From the NCBI RefSeq assembly GCF_051860225.1, contig NZ_JBHYEI010000001.1:1174-65173 (forward strand): a stretch of DNA of 64,000 nucleotides. Direction: 5' to 3'. Positions 42,520 to 49,946 of this stretch are shown in pieces (position 1 is the first letter of the stretch; every line of letters starts with the position of its first letter). This DNA is from Sediminibacterium sp. GTDB taxonomy: Bacteria > Bacteroidota > Bacteroidia > Chitinophagales > Chitinophagaceae. A program made the translations under genes and the position numbers. The notes beneath the pieces are model-generated. The model searched no databases and had not been told where the DNA came from. It was given only the letters and a program-made list of their open reading frames with translations.

Positions 42520-43686
42520 ATGAAAAATACACGTAAAAAATTATGTGCTTTAGCGTTTGCAAGTTTAGGGTTGGGTGCGCTATTGCCTACAGCTATAATC
42601 GCCCAAGCTGATTCTATAAATATTGTTTCTACGGCAGTGCCTTTTTTGCGCATTTCTCCCGATGCTCGAGCGGGTGGTATGGGTGATGCAGCTATTGCTA
42701 CCAATCCGGATGGCAACTCCCCTTTTTGGAACCTTGCTAAAACGGCTTTTGCCGAAAAGCGTTCGGCGATTGCCTTGAACTATACCCCTTGGTTGCGCGA
42801 TCTGGGCTTGAATGATGTGTATTTGGCCAGTGCGGCTGCCTATAAAAAGATTGATGATTATTCCGTGATTTCTGGGTCTATGCGTTTCTTTAGTTTGGGT
42901 AATATTCAATTAACTGATTTTTCGGGGAATGTATTGAATACTGTTAAGCCTACTGAATTTTCTTTTGATGCGGGCTATACCCGTGTGTTAAATGATCGCT
43001 TGAGTTTAGCGGTTGCCTTGCGTTACATCAATTCTAGATTGGTAGTGGGCGATGTAGGTACGGGTGTAGTGTACAAAGCAGGTAATGCTTTGGCGGGTGA
43101 TGTGTCCTTATTTTACAATGGCCGTGATGAAGAGGGTCAGGGATTCAATTTTGGTGCAGTGTTATCTAACCTCGGTACCAAAGTGGGGTATACCAATGAT
43201 GCGCGTAACAAAGATTTCTTGCCTGCTAACTTGGGTTTAGGTATGGCTTACACAAAAATATTAGACGAAACCAATAGCATCAGCTTTGCTTTAGATGTAA
43301 ACAAATTATTGGTGCCTATGGCACCGATTAGTACCGGTGTTTTTGCTACCGACTCTGCGGCACTCTCCGATTACAGAAATACTTCGGTGGTGAGTTCTTG
43401 GATGAAATCTTTTTCTGATGGATCCAGCCTTCCTAAAAGCTTACAAATTTCTGCTGGCGTTGAATATTCTTATAACAATCAATTTAAATTACGCGCAGGC
43501 TATTTCTACGAAGACAAAACCCGCGGCAACCGCCGTTACTTCACTGCAGGTGCAGGCTTCGATATGAAGTTCTTGCAAGTGAATGTGTCTTACTTAGTAC
43601 CTTCAGGAGCAGGTGTCACCCGTAATCCTTTATCGAACACTTTGCGTTTGGGCTTGGTGTTTAATTTAAGTAATGATGATTTCTAA
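42520..43686 (+). CDS. porV: T9SS shuttle outer-membrane protein PorV
   Basis: TAVPFLRISPDARAGGMGD, FWNLAK, YTPWLR, FLPANLGLG, NPLSNTLR. Confidence 0.93.
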   Translation: MKNTRKKLCALAFASLGLGALLPTAIIAQADSINIVSTAVPFLRISPDARAGGMGDAAIATNPDGNSPFWNLAKTAFAEKRSAIALNYTPWLRDLGLNDVYLASAAAYKKIDDYSVISGSMRFFSLGNIQLTDFSGNVLNTVKPTEFSFDAGYTRVLNDRLSLAVALRYINSRLVVGDVGTGVVYKAGNALAGDVSLFYNGRDEEGQGFNFGAVLSNLGTKVGYTNDARNKDFLPANLGLGMAYTKILDETNSISFALDVNKLLVPMAPISTGVFATDSAALSDYRNTSVVSSWMKSFSDGSSLPKSLQISAGVEYSYNNQFKLRAGYFYEDKTRGNRRYFTAGAGFDMKFLQVNVSYLVPSGAGVTRNPLSNTLRLGLVFNLSNDDF

Positions 43687-45026
43687 TGACCGAAGCTATT
43701 TACGAGATATATAAGCAATACCCATCCATCCAAACCGATACTCGCAAACTAAAAGCCGGCGATATTTATGTGGCGTTGAAGGGACCGAATTTCAACGGGA
43801 ATCGTTTTGCACTGCAATCTTTAGAAGCTGGTGCGGCTTATGCAATTGTTGATCAATTAATATCCCCTAATGGGGAACCCATAATTGAAGGGGCTTTGCC
43901 AACAGGGCTGCGCAAGCGGCTCCTCCTCGTAGACGATGCATTAACAACATTACAGCAATTGGCGAAACACCATCGCCAACAGTTGAATATCCCTTTTATT
44001 GCCATTACAGGAAGCAACGGGAAAACAACTAGCAAAGAATTGATTTATGCGGTGTTGTCATCGCATTTTAAAACTTATACCACACAAGGAAATCTGAACA
44101 ATCATATTGGCGTACCTCTCACTATTTTGAGTGTGAAGCCCGATGCGGAAATGGCCGTGATTGAAATGGGTGCAAACCACCAAAAAGAAATTGAAAGTTA
44201 TTGTTCCTATACCTTGCCTTCGCACGGTGTGATTACCAACTGCGGAAAAGCCCACCTAGAAGGCTTTGGCGGAGTGGAAGGTGTTCGCAAAGGAAAGGGA
44301 GAACTCTATCAGTTTTTGCGCGAACAACATGGTACGGCATTCGTTTATGCGGATTATGATTATTTGCAGCCTATGAGTGCAGGTATCGAAAATATTGTGC
44401 AGTATGGCATTTCGGAGGGATTGGTGCAGGGGCAGATTGAAACCGCCGAACCTTTTCTAACAGTACGCATAACGACAGGGATAGATGCCACGCTGATTCA
44501 TTCACAACTAGTTGGAGATTATAATCTCCCCAATATTCTTTGCGCAGTTACCATCGGAAAATATTTTGGTGTGCCTGCAGAAAAAATAATTGATGCCATC
44601 GAAAACTATGCTCCTTCCAATTCACGCTCACAATTAATTCAGCGAGGTACGAATCATATTATTTTAGATGCCTACAATGCCAACCCGAGTAGTATGAAAG
44701 TAGCGATTGAAAATTTTGCGCGTATTCATGCCCAGCGAAAAATATTAATGCTCGGTGCCATGAAAGAATTGGGCGAAGAGAGTGTGGCTGAACACCAAGC
44801 ATTGATTGAGCTTATTGCATCTCTTGAATTTAAAGAAGTAGTGTTGGTAGGCGGAGACTTTGTTTACACGAAAGATTTGTTCCCCCAATACCCCAATACC
44901 CATTTTATTTACAAGGATAATTCTTTAGAAGCCCGCGATTGGCTCACTACATTAAATCCTCAAAACAGTTATATTTTAGTTAAGGGATCGCGTTCTATAA
45001 ACATGGAGCATGTATTAACAGATTAG
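43686..45026 (+). CDS. murF: UDP-MurNAc-tripeptide D-Ala-D-Ala ligase
   Basis: ITGSNGKTT, GNLNNHIGVP, EMGANH, DAYNANPSSM, KGSR; TAATG overlap with porV. Confidence 0.95.
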   Translation: MTEAIYEIYKQYPSIQTDTRKLKAGDIYVALKGPNFNGNRFALQSLEAGAAYAIVDQLISPNGEPIIEGALPTGLRKRLLLVDDALTTLQQLAKHHRQQLNIPFIAITGSNGKTTSKELIYAVLSSHFKTYTTQGNLNNHIGVPLTILSVKPDAEMAVIEMGANHQKEIESYCSYTLPSHGVITNCGKAHLEGFGGVEGVRKGKGELYQFLREQHGTAFVYADYDYLQPMSAGIENIVQYGISEGLVQGQIETAEPFLTVRITTGIDATLIHSQLVGDYNLPNILCAVTIGKYFGVPAEKIIDAIENYAPSNSRSQLIQRGTNHIILDAYNANPSSMKVAIENFARIHAQRKILMLGAMKELGEESVAEHQALIELIASLEFKEVVLVGGDFVYTKDLFPQYPNTHFIYKDNSLEARDWLTTLNPQNSYILVKGSRSINMEHVLTD

Positions 45027-45061
45027 GGCATAGGCTTTGATTTTGTATCAAAAAATAAACT

Positions 45062-45733
45062 ATGATACAAAAAAAATGGATGCTAGGACTGCTGCTCTTT
45101 TCTGCTGTAACTTTTACTGCTTGCGAACAAGCCAAACAACAAGCACAAGAACAAGCCAATCAAGTAATGAATCGCACCAATGATGAAGTGCAAAAAGTTA
45201 TAAACGATTTGGGCTTAGTGTATGTAGAAGAAGGTGCTCAAACTGTAATCACTTATGATGAAGTGAATGCTGCACAACAAGCATGGTGTAATGCATTGGT
45301 AAAAATTGGAGAACTAAAAGAGTCTGGTGGCGATTACAAAGCTTACGCAAACGAAGTATTGTCTACTGCGTATAATTACGACAGTGGTAAGGTTTTCTTT
45401 AAACCTACTTTAGCTTACGGAGATCAAACTTTTAGGAACGATAAAAAGGGGGCATTGGCTTATTTCGTTGGGGGCGATCCTGATTATCCAAACGATAAAG
45501 GATTTGCATTAGCTCCATGGGTAAAAGCACGCTACGACAATGCTGGGGCAAATAACGAGGGCATTCAAATATATGGTTCTATTGCCATTACCATGGGCAA
45601 TGTTTGGGTAACAGGCAAAGACGGAAAAGAAGTAATGGTTGATAAAACTTTTGTTTTCAAAAAAGGAAAAGATGGCAAGTTGCGCATCATTGTACACAAG
45701 TCTGCCTTGCCGTTTAGCCCAACTACAAAATAA
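45062..45733 (+). CDS. Lipoprotein with NTF2-like domain resembling iota-class (COG4337-type) carbonic anhydrase
   Basis: Lipobox FTAC; EVNAAQQAW, FFKPTLA, GALAYFVGGD, DKGFAL, MGNV, VDKT, KLRIIVHKSALPF (HHSSLP in the cyanobacterial homologs as I recall them). Confidence 0.7.
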   Translation: MIQKKWMLGLLLFSAVTFTACEQAKQQAQEQANQVMNRTNDEVQKVINDLGLVYVEEGAQTVITYDEVNAAQQAWCNALVKIGELKESGGDYKAYANEVLSTAYNYDSGKVFFKPTLAYGDQTFRNDKKGALAYFVGGDPDYPNDKGFALAPWVKARYDNAGANNEGIQIYGSIAITMGNVWVTGKDGKEVMVDKTFVFKKGKDGKLRIIVHKSALPFSPTTK

Positions 45734-45742
45734 AAAATCACG

Positions 45743-45812
45743 AAAAAAATATACCCGAAATATATTTATCATGCAAGCACTTTTAATGAATATACGTACG
45801 GTATATTTTTTT
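45743..45812. repeat. Palindromic element copy 1 (expanded spacer)
   Basis: AAAAAAATATACC-44 nt-GGTATATTTTTTT; overlaps the DUF2490 start. Confidence 0.8.
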
Positions 45813-46595
45813 CTACTTTTTTTCTTGATGATTATTGCTCCCCCCGAAGCAAGCGCGCAAGGACCAGGAACACCTAGTGGCCCAAATCCAAGCGCCCCAG
45901 CCAATCGCTCAACACATTATAATACGGTTGGCTGGTTTAATTATTTTGGCACGATTAAACTTTCATCCAAATGGGGATTACACACCGAATACCAGTTCAG
46001 GCGCAACGATTTAATTAATAGTTGGCAGCAGGGTTTATTGCGCGTTGGTATTAATTATCAAGCAAGCCCGAATCTATTGTTGCGGGCAGGTTATGCATGG
46101 ATTGAAACTTACGCGTATGGAGAAATTCCGATTAATGGGCTGGGCCGAGATTTTACTGAGCACCGTTTGTTTCAGATGGCGCAGCTATCTCATCAAGAAG
46201 GGTTGATTTCGATATCACATCGCTTTATGCTAGAGCAACGTTTTGTAGGAAGATACAGTTCAGCAGCAGTAACTAAAGAAGATGAATTTCCATTGATGCA
46301 TAGAGCACGTTATATGCTCAGATTACAAGCTCCGTTAAAAGGCCGTACAATAAAAGACAAAACACCCTATGCCGCAGCTTACAATGAAGTCATGATTGGA
46401 TTTGGCAAAAATGTTGCAGCTAATATTTTTGACCAAAACCGCATAGGACTTTTACTAGGGTATCGATTCAATAAAACCTTCCGCATAGAAGCCGGCTACT
46501 TTAATCAAACCCTACAATTTGGCCGACTCATTAACGGCCGCAATATTTTCCAAAGCAATAGCGGATTAATCGTCAATACGAATTTTAATTTCTAA
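45771..46595 (+). CDS. DUF2490 outer-membrane beta-barrel protein
   Basis: WGLHTEYQFRR, LLRVGINY, EHRLFQ, HRFMLEQRF, FDQNRIG, C-terminal Phe. Start uncertain (45771 or 45786). Confidence 0.8.
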   Translation: MQALLMNIRTVYFFLLFFLMIIAPPEASAQGPGTPSGPNPSAPANRSTHYNTVGWFNYFGTIKLSSKWGLHTEYQFRRNDLINSWQQGLLRVGINYQASPNLLLRAGYAWIETYAYGEIPINGLGRDFTEHRLFQMAQLSHQEGLISISHRFMLEQRFVGRYSSAAVTKEDEFPLMHRARYMLRLQAPLKGRTIKDKTPYAAAYNEVMIGFGKNVAANIFDQNRIGLLLGYRFNKTFRIEAGYFNQTLQFGRLINGRNIFQSNSGLIVNTNFNF

Positions 46596-46598
46596 GAT

Positions 46599-47054
46599 TT
46601 ACCAATTCGCAAACTGATCTTTATTGATTCTCTCAGGAGCTTTGATTGGTTTCGTTTTCCAATTGGGTTCGTATTTTACAAACCAACTTAACCAAAGCGA
46701 TCGGGCTAAACGCATCATTGGGGGCTGCAGTATTAGTAGCAAAGCAATATTGGTTCCCAACCAATAGAAAATTCTATTGTCGTCAATATCAAAAGTCATT
46801 CCTATTAATACTTTCCAAGCCACAAAAGTGCTTACCGTTAACGCAACAGAAAGCGCATAGCTCACATAACCAGTGCCGTAATAAAAACCCACTTCAATTT
46901 CTGTAGGCTGATGACAAACCGGGCAGGTTTCATTCATTTCAGTGGCGCTACCCTTGAAGCTGTAAGCAGATTTACGCTTAAACAACTCCCCTTCTCTACA
47001 TCTAGGACACTTATTGGTGAGGGCACTTACTAAATAGGTTTTCTGAAGATCCAT
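46599..47054 (-). CDS. DUF983 family protein
   Basis: CPRCREG...CPVC, EVGFYYGTGYVSYAL, two TM helices. Confidence 0.82.
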   Translation of the reverse strand: MDLQKTYLVSALTNKCPRCREGELFKRKSAYSFKGSATEMNETCPVCHQPTEIEVGFYYGTGYVSYALSVALTVSTFVAWKVLIGMTFDIDDNRIFYWLGTNIALLLILQPPMMRLARSLWLSWFVKYEPNWKTKPIKAPERINKDQFANW

Positions 47055-47072
47055 GTTTTATCCTTTACCTCA

Positions 47073-47080
47073 CAAAGGTA
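47073..47080 (-). promoter_or_regulatory. -7 element (TACCTTTG) for DUF983
   Basis: TAnnTTTG 18 nt upstream of the ATG at 47054. Confidence 0.5.
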
Positions 47081-47158
47081 CTTAATTATAGCTGCTGGCT
47101 ATGTAACAAAAGTAGAATAGTAGGTTAAATAACGGCTCCGGCCAATTGCGCGAAAGTT

Positions 47159-47461
47159 TTGCTCCCCCGGGAGAAACAAAAACTAAAAAGGTAAAAAAAA
47201 TATACCGAAATGATATGTGGCTCACGGTATATTTTTTATTCAATTTACATCTTTGATGTCCCCCCCCTCTGATTTTCATCGTTTTGAGAAGCTCTTTCTT
47301 CGACGGTTTTCCATAATAAATTTACAGTTGAAAAACCCAAAATTCTGCAGCTAATACGCATATTAGAAACCCATAGAAATACTAGTTTTCATTTTGAAAA
47401 AAGAAAAACTATGGCAAGACTAAAAACAGATTTCGAGGAAGTTATTCCGCTAAAGATGATA
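47159..47461 (+). repeat. Direct repeat copy A (duplicate of 49075..49297 plus a 77-bp insert)
   Basis: Collinear with copy B from TTGC(T)CCCC(C)GG(G)AGAAAC to AAGATGATA. The extra 77 bp are bounded by the direct repeat AATTTACA (47242-47249, 47319-47326). Confidence 0.9.
47195..47237. repeat. 43-bp palindromic element copy 2
   Basis: AAAAAATATACCG-aaatgatatgtggctca-CGGTATATTTTTT. Confidence 0.95.
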
Positions 47462-47563
47462 TTCGAATTAAACTTCGCAGAAACTTATGTTTGGTGCTGG
47501 GATTTACGATTTAGGTTCGTACGGTTATTTTCCGTACTTTTGAGAAACAATTTTTTGTCATGA
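47411..47563 (+). pseudogene. Truncated 5' fragment of the 49247 antitoxin (17 homologous codons; reads on as a 50-aa chimeric ORF)
   Basis: MARLKTDFEEVIPLKMI vs MARIKPDFEEVIPLKMI. The ORF ends in an ATGA overlap with the DUF1778 start. Confidence 0.75.
47519..47542 (+). promoter_or_regulatory. Operator GTACGG-N7-CCGTAC overlapping the -7 element TACTTTTG
   Basis: Inverted repeat 47519-47537 and TAnnTTTG 47535-47542, just upstream of the antitoxin ATG. Confidence 0.6.
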
Positions 47564-47841
47564 GAACTTCTACCCAATCCAGATTTGATACAAGGCTATC
47601 TAAAGAACAAAAAGAATTTTTTGAATATGCGGCTCAACTTGGTGGCTTTAGAACTTTAACCGAATTTGTTATACACTCAACGCAAACGCAAGCAACTCAG
47701 ATTGTTGAAAAACACCAGTCAATTTTACAATCAAAAAAAGATCAAGCGATTTTCTTCGATGCTTTAATGAATCCTCCTAAGCCAAATACTAATCTAAAAA
47801 AAGCTGTTGCTCGCTATAATAAAACTATCAATCAAAAATGA
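47560..47841 (+). CDS. DUF1778 RHH antitoxin (TacA/AtaR-like)
   Basis: RFDTRLSKEQK, AAQL, LTEFVI, FFDALMNPPKPN. Confidence 0.88.
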   Translation: MRTSTQSRFDTRLSKEQKEFFEYAAQLGGFRTLTEFVIHSTQTQATQIVEKHQSILQSKKDQAIFFDALMNPPKPNTNLKKAVARYNKTINQK

Positions 47842-48344
47842 ACTACTTTATTGAGCCTTTAAATGCCAATCATATTAGAAAGAATTTTTCTTGTGGTAAA
47901 AGCATTTTAGACGACTACATAAAAGTTCAAGCACGCCAAGATATTAAGAGAAAATTATCCACATGTTTTGTATTAACAGATGAAGAAAATAATGTAATCG
48001 GTTACTATACATTATCAAATACCGCAATTGAAAGAGATATACTTCCGAATGAAATAATAAAAAAATTACCACCATCGTATAAAAATTTACCGGCAACATT
48101 GTTAGGTAGATTAGCTGTAGACCAAAATAATTTTGGTAAAAAACTGGGCGAATTTTTATTAATAGATGCAATGAAAAAAAGCGTCGCAGTTGCTAAAGAA
48201 AGTATAGGCTCAATGGCTTTAATCGTAGATCCAATAGACGAAAATGCAATAGCATTTTATACAAAATATGGTTTTATACAATTGCCACATAGCGGTAAGA
48301 TGTTTCTTCCGATGCAAACCATCGCTAAATTATTTATAGATTGA
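47838..48344 (+). CDS. GNAT toxin (TacT/AtaT-like)
   Basis: FSCG..LDDY, IGYYTL, LLGRLAVD, GEFLLIDA, AFYTKYGF; ATGA overlap with the antitoxin. Confidence 0.88.
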   Translation: MNYFIEPLNANHIRKNFSCGKSILDDYIKVQARQDIKRKLSTCFVLTDEENNVIGYYTLSNTAIERDILPNEIIKKLPPSYKNLPATLLGRLAVDQNNFGKKLGEFLLIDAMKKSVAVAKESIGSMALIVDPIDENAIAFYTKYGFIQLPHSGKMFLPMQTIAKLFID

Positions 48345-48369
48345 AGCAAAAAACTGAGAAAATATATTT

Positions 48370-48401
48370 ATACGCATATTTTAATTTTATGCGTATTTTT
48401 G
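48370..48401 (+). promoter_or_regulatory. Operator ATACGCATA-N9-TATGCGTAT overlapping the -7 element TATTTTTG
   Basis: Inverted repeat 48370-48396 and TAnnTTTG 48394-48401. The ATG lies only 4 nt further on, suggesting a leaderless mRNA. Confidence 0.65.
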
Positions 48402-48405
48402 ACTT

Positions 48406-48648
48406 ATGAAATCTAGATTAAACCTCACTATTGAAAATAGCCTGCTAGAAGATGTTAAAAGCTATGCTGTAAAAAATAAACGAAGTATTTCTGATTTAGT
48501 AGAAAGCTATTTTAAAAAAGTCACAAGACCATCAAAGCGAAAAAATATAATTGATTTAGTAGAGAAGCTTGAAAAACCAACAATCAATGATAATGCCGAT
48601 TTAAAGGATTTGTACTATAAAGAAAATGCAAAAAAACATGGCTTTTAA
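48406..48648 (+). CDS. DUF6364-type RHH antitoxin
   Basis: MKSRLNLTIE...VKSYA...SISDLVESYF. Confidence 0.8.
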   Translation: MKSRLNLTIENSLLEDVKSYAVKNKRSISDLVESYFKKVTRPSKRKNIIDLVEKLEKPTINDNADLKDLYYKENAKKHGF

Positions 48649-49060
48649 AGTTTTCATTGATGCCAATATATTATTAGACTTTACTTTAAAGCGTTCCGAA
48701 TATGCTCAATCAAAAAAAATCATCGAACTTGCAATTGAAGGAACGGTAGAAGCATATATCACTCCTTCTATCGTTCATAAATTGGGCTATTGGCTAACGA
48801 AAGAATATGGAAATTCAAAAGCTAAGGAATTACTTTTAGCATTACTATCAGATATTACCGTCATAGATATACCTCATGAAATTGTTGTAAATGCGCTGCA
48901 TTCAAAAATGAATGACATTGAAGATGCTTTGATATACTTCACCGCTATTCATTATAAGCTTGACTACTTTATTTCAAGAGATAAAAGTCTTCAAAAACAA
49001 GGTACTCCAACTTTACCAATTTATACTCCAAAAGAATTTTTAGCTGAATTGACCCAATAA
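48638..49060 (+). CDS. PIN-domain (VapC-like) toxin
   Basis: VFIDANILLD, DIEDALIY, FISRD. Start set at ATG 48638. Confidence 0.87.
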   Translation: MAFKVFIDANILLDFTLKRSEYAQSKKIIELAIEGTVEAYITPSIVHKLGYWLTKEYGNSKAKELLLALLSDITVIDIPHEIVVNALHSKMNDIEDALIYFTAIHYKLDYFISRDKSLQKQGTPTLPIYTPKEFLAELTQ

Positions 49061-49074
49061 CACCAATACTTTGG

Positions 49075-49297
49075 TTGCCCCCGGAGAAACAAAACATAAG
49101 AAGCTAAAAAAAATATACCGAAATGATATGTGGCTTACGGTATATTTTTTATTCAATTTACAGTTGAAAAAACCAAAACAGTACGGCTAATACGCATATT
49201 AGAAACCTATAGGAATACTAGTTTTCATTTTGAAAAAAATAAAACTATGGCAAGGATAAAACCAGATTTTGAGGAAGTTATTCCGCTTAAGATGATA
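49075..49297 (+). repeat. Direct repeat copy B
   Basis: Matches copy A; includes the promoter region and the first 17 codons of the intact antitoxin. Confidence 0.9.
49108..49150. repeat. 43-bp palindromic element copy 3
   Basis: AAAAAATATACCG-aaatgatatgtggctta-CGGTATATTTTTT. Confidence 0.95.
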
Positions 49298-49537
49298 CCG
49301 CTTTCACTCAAGCTGAACCCAACAGTATTAGACAATATGGAAGCGGTTAGGGCAATCATCAAACAAAATAGAAATACCTATATCAACCTGGCTATAGATG
49401 CCTTCAACCACTATCATCGCTATAAAATGATTAAGAAAAGAATGGATCAAGATGCATATAATGTAACTACGTATTACTTGGAAATATTTAAAGAATTTGA
49501 AGAAATTAATCAAAGTGGAATCCTTAAAGAATTATAA
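49247..49537 (+). CDS. Putative RHH antitoxin of the MazF-like toxin
   Basis: NRNTYINLAI RHH-like helix, acidic C-terminus EFEEI, TAATG coupling to the toxin. Start set at ATG 49247. Confidence 0.65.
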   Translation: MARIKPDFEEVIPLKMIPLSLKLNPTVLDNMEAVRAIIKQNRNTYINLAIDAFNHYHRYKMIKKRMDQDAYNVTTYYLEIFKEFEEINQSGILKEL

Positions 49538-49926
49538 TGACAGAAGAAATAAAACCAGTTGAAAAGAAAGCATACAGATGGCCAGCATATAGCAAAAATA
49601 TTAAACAGTTTGAGATCTGGACCGTTGAATGGAGAAACAACCCAAACGATGTAAAACATGCAGTTATAGTGCAAGGCAATGCATTAAATGAAGCATCTCC
49701 CATGACCTTCTTAGTTTGCCCTCTATCAAAGTATTATCCCCATATAAGGCACTGGTTTTTAAGGCAGTATATTGATCTTCAAGATAAAGGCAGATATACA
49801 ATTTTAGTTGATAATATCACCACCATTTCAGCAGAAGCTCTATTAGACCGAATAGATATATTAAAACTAGAAGAACAACAACGCTTACGCAGAAATATTT
49901 CTTTAATATTGGGATTCACTATCTAA
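49537..49926 (+). CDS. Divergent MazF/PemK-like toxin
   Basis: KQFEIW, VIVQGNALN, LVCPLS, ILVDNITTIS, NISLILG; the canonical RP motif is absent. Confidence 0.65.
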   Translation: MTEEIKPVEKKAYRWPAYSKNIKQFEIWTVEWRNNPNDVKHAVIVQGNALNEASPMTFLVCPLSKYYPHIRHWFLRQYIDLQDKGRYTILVDNITTISAEALLDRIDILKLEEQQRLRRNISLILGFTI

Positions 49927-49946
49927 CCTGAAATGGAACAATATGA

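Noticed and set aside
45062-45733. Phosphoribosyl-AMP cyclohydrolase label sometimes given to this family
   Set aside because: There is no HisI Cys/Zn motif, and the protein has a lipoprotein signal.
49130-49246. N-terminal extension of the 135-aa ORF
   Set aside because: It reads through the palindrome and promoter. The duplicated copy conserves only the ATG 49247 context.
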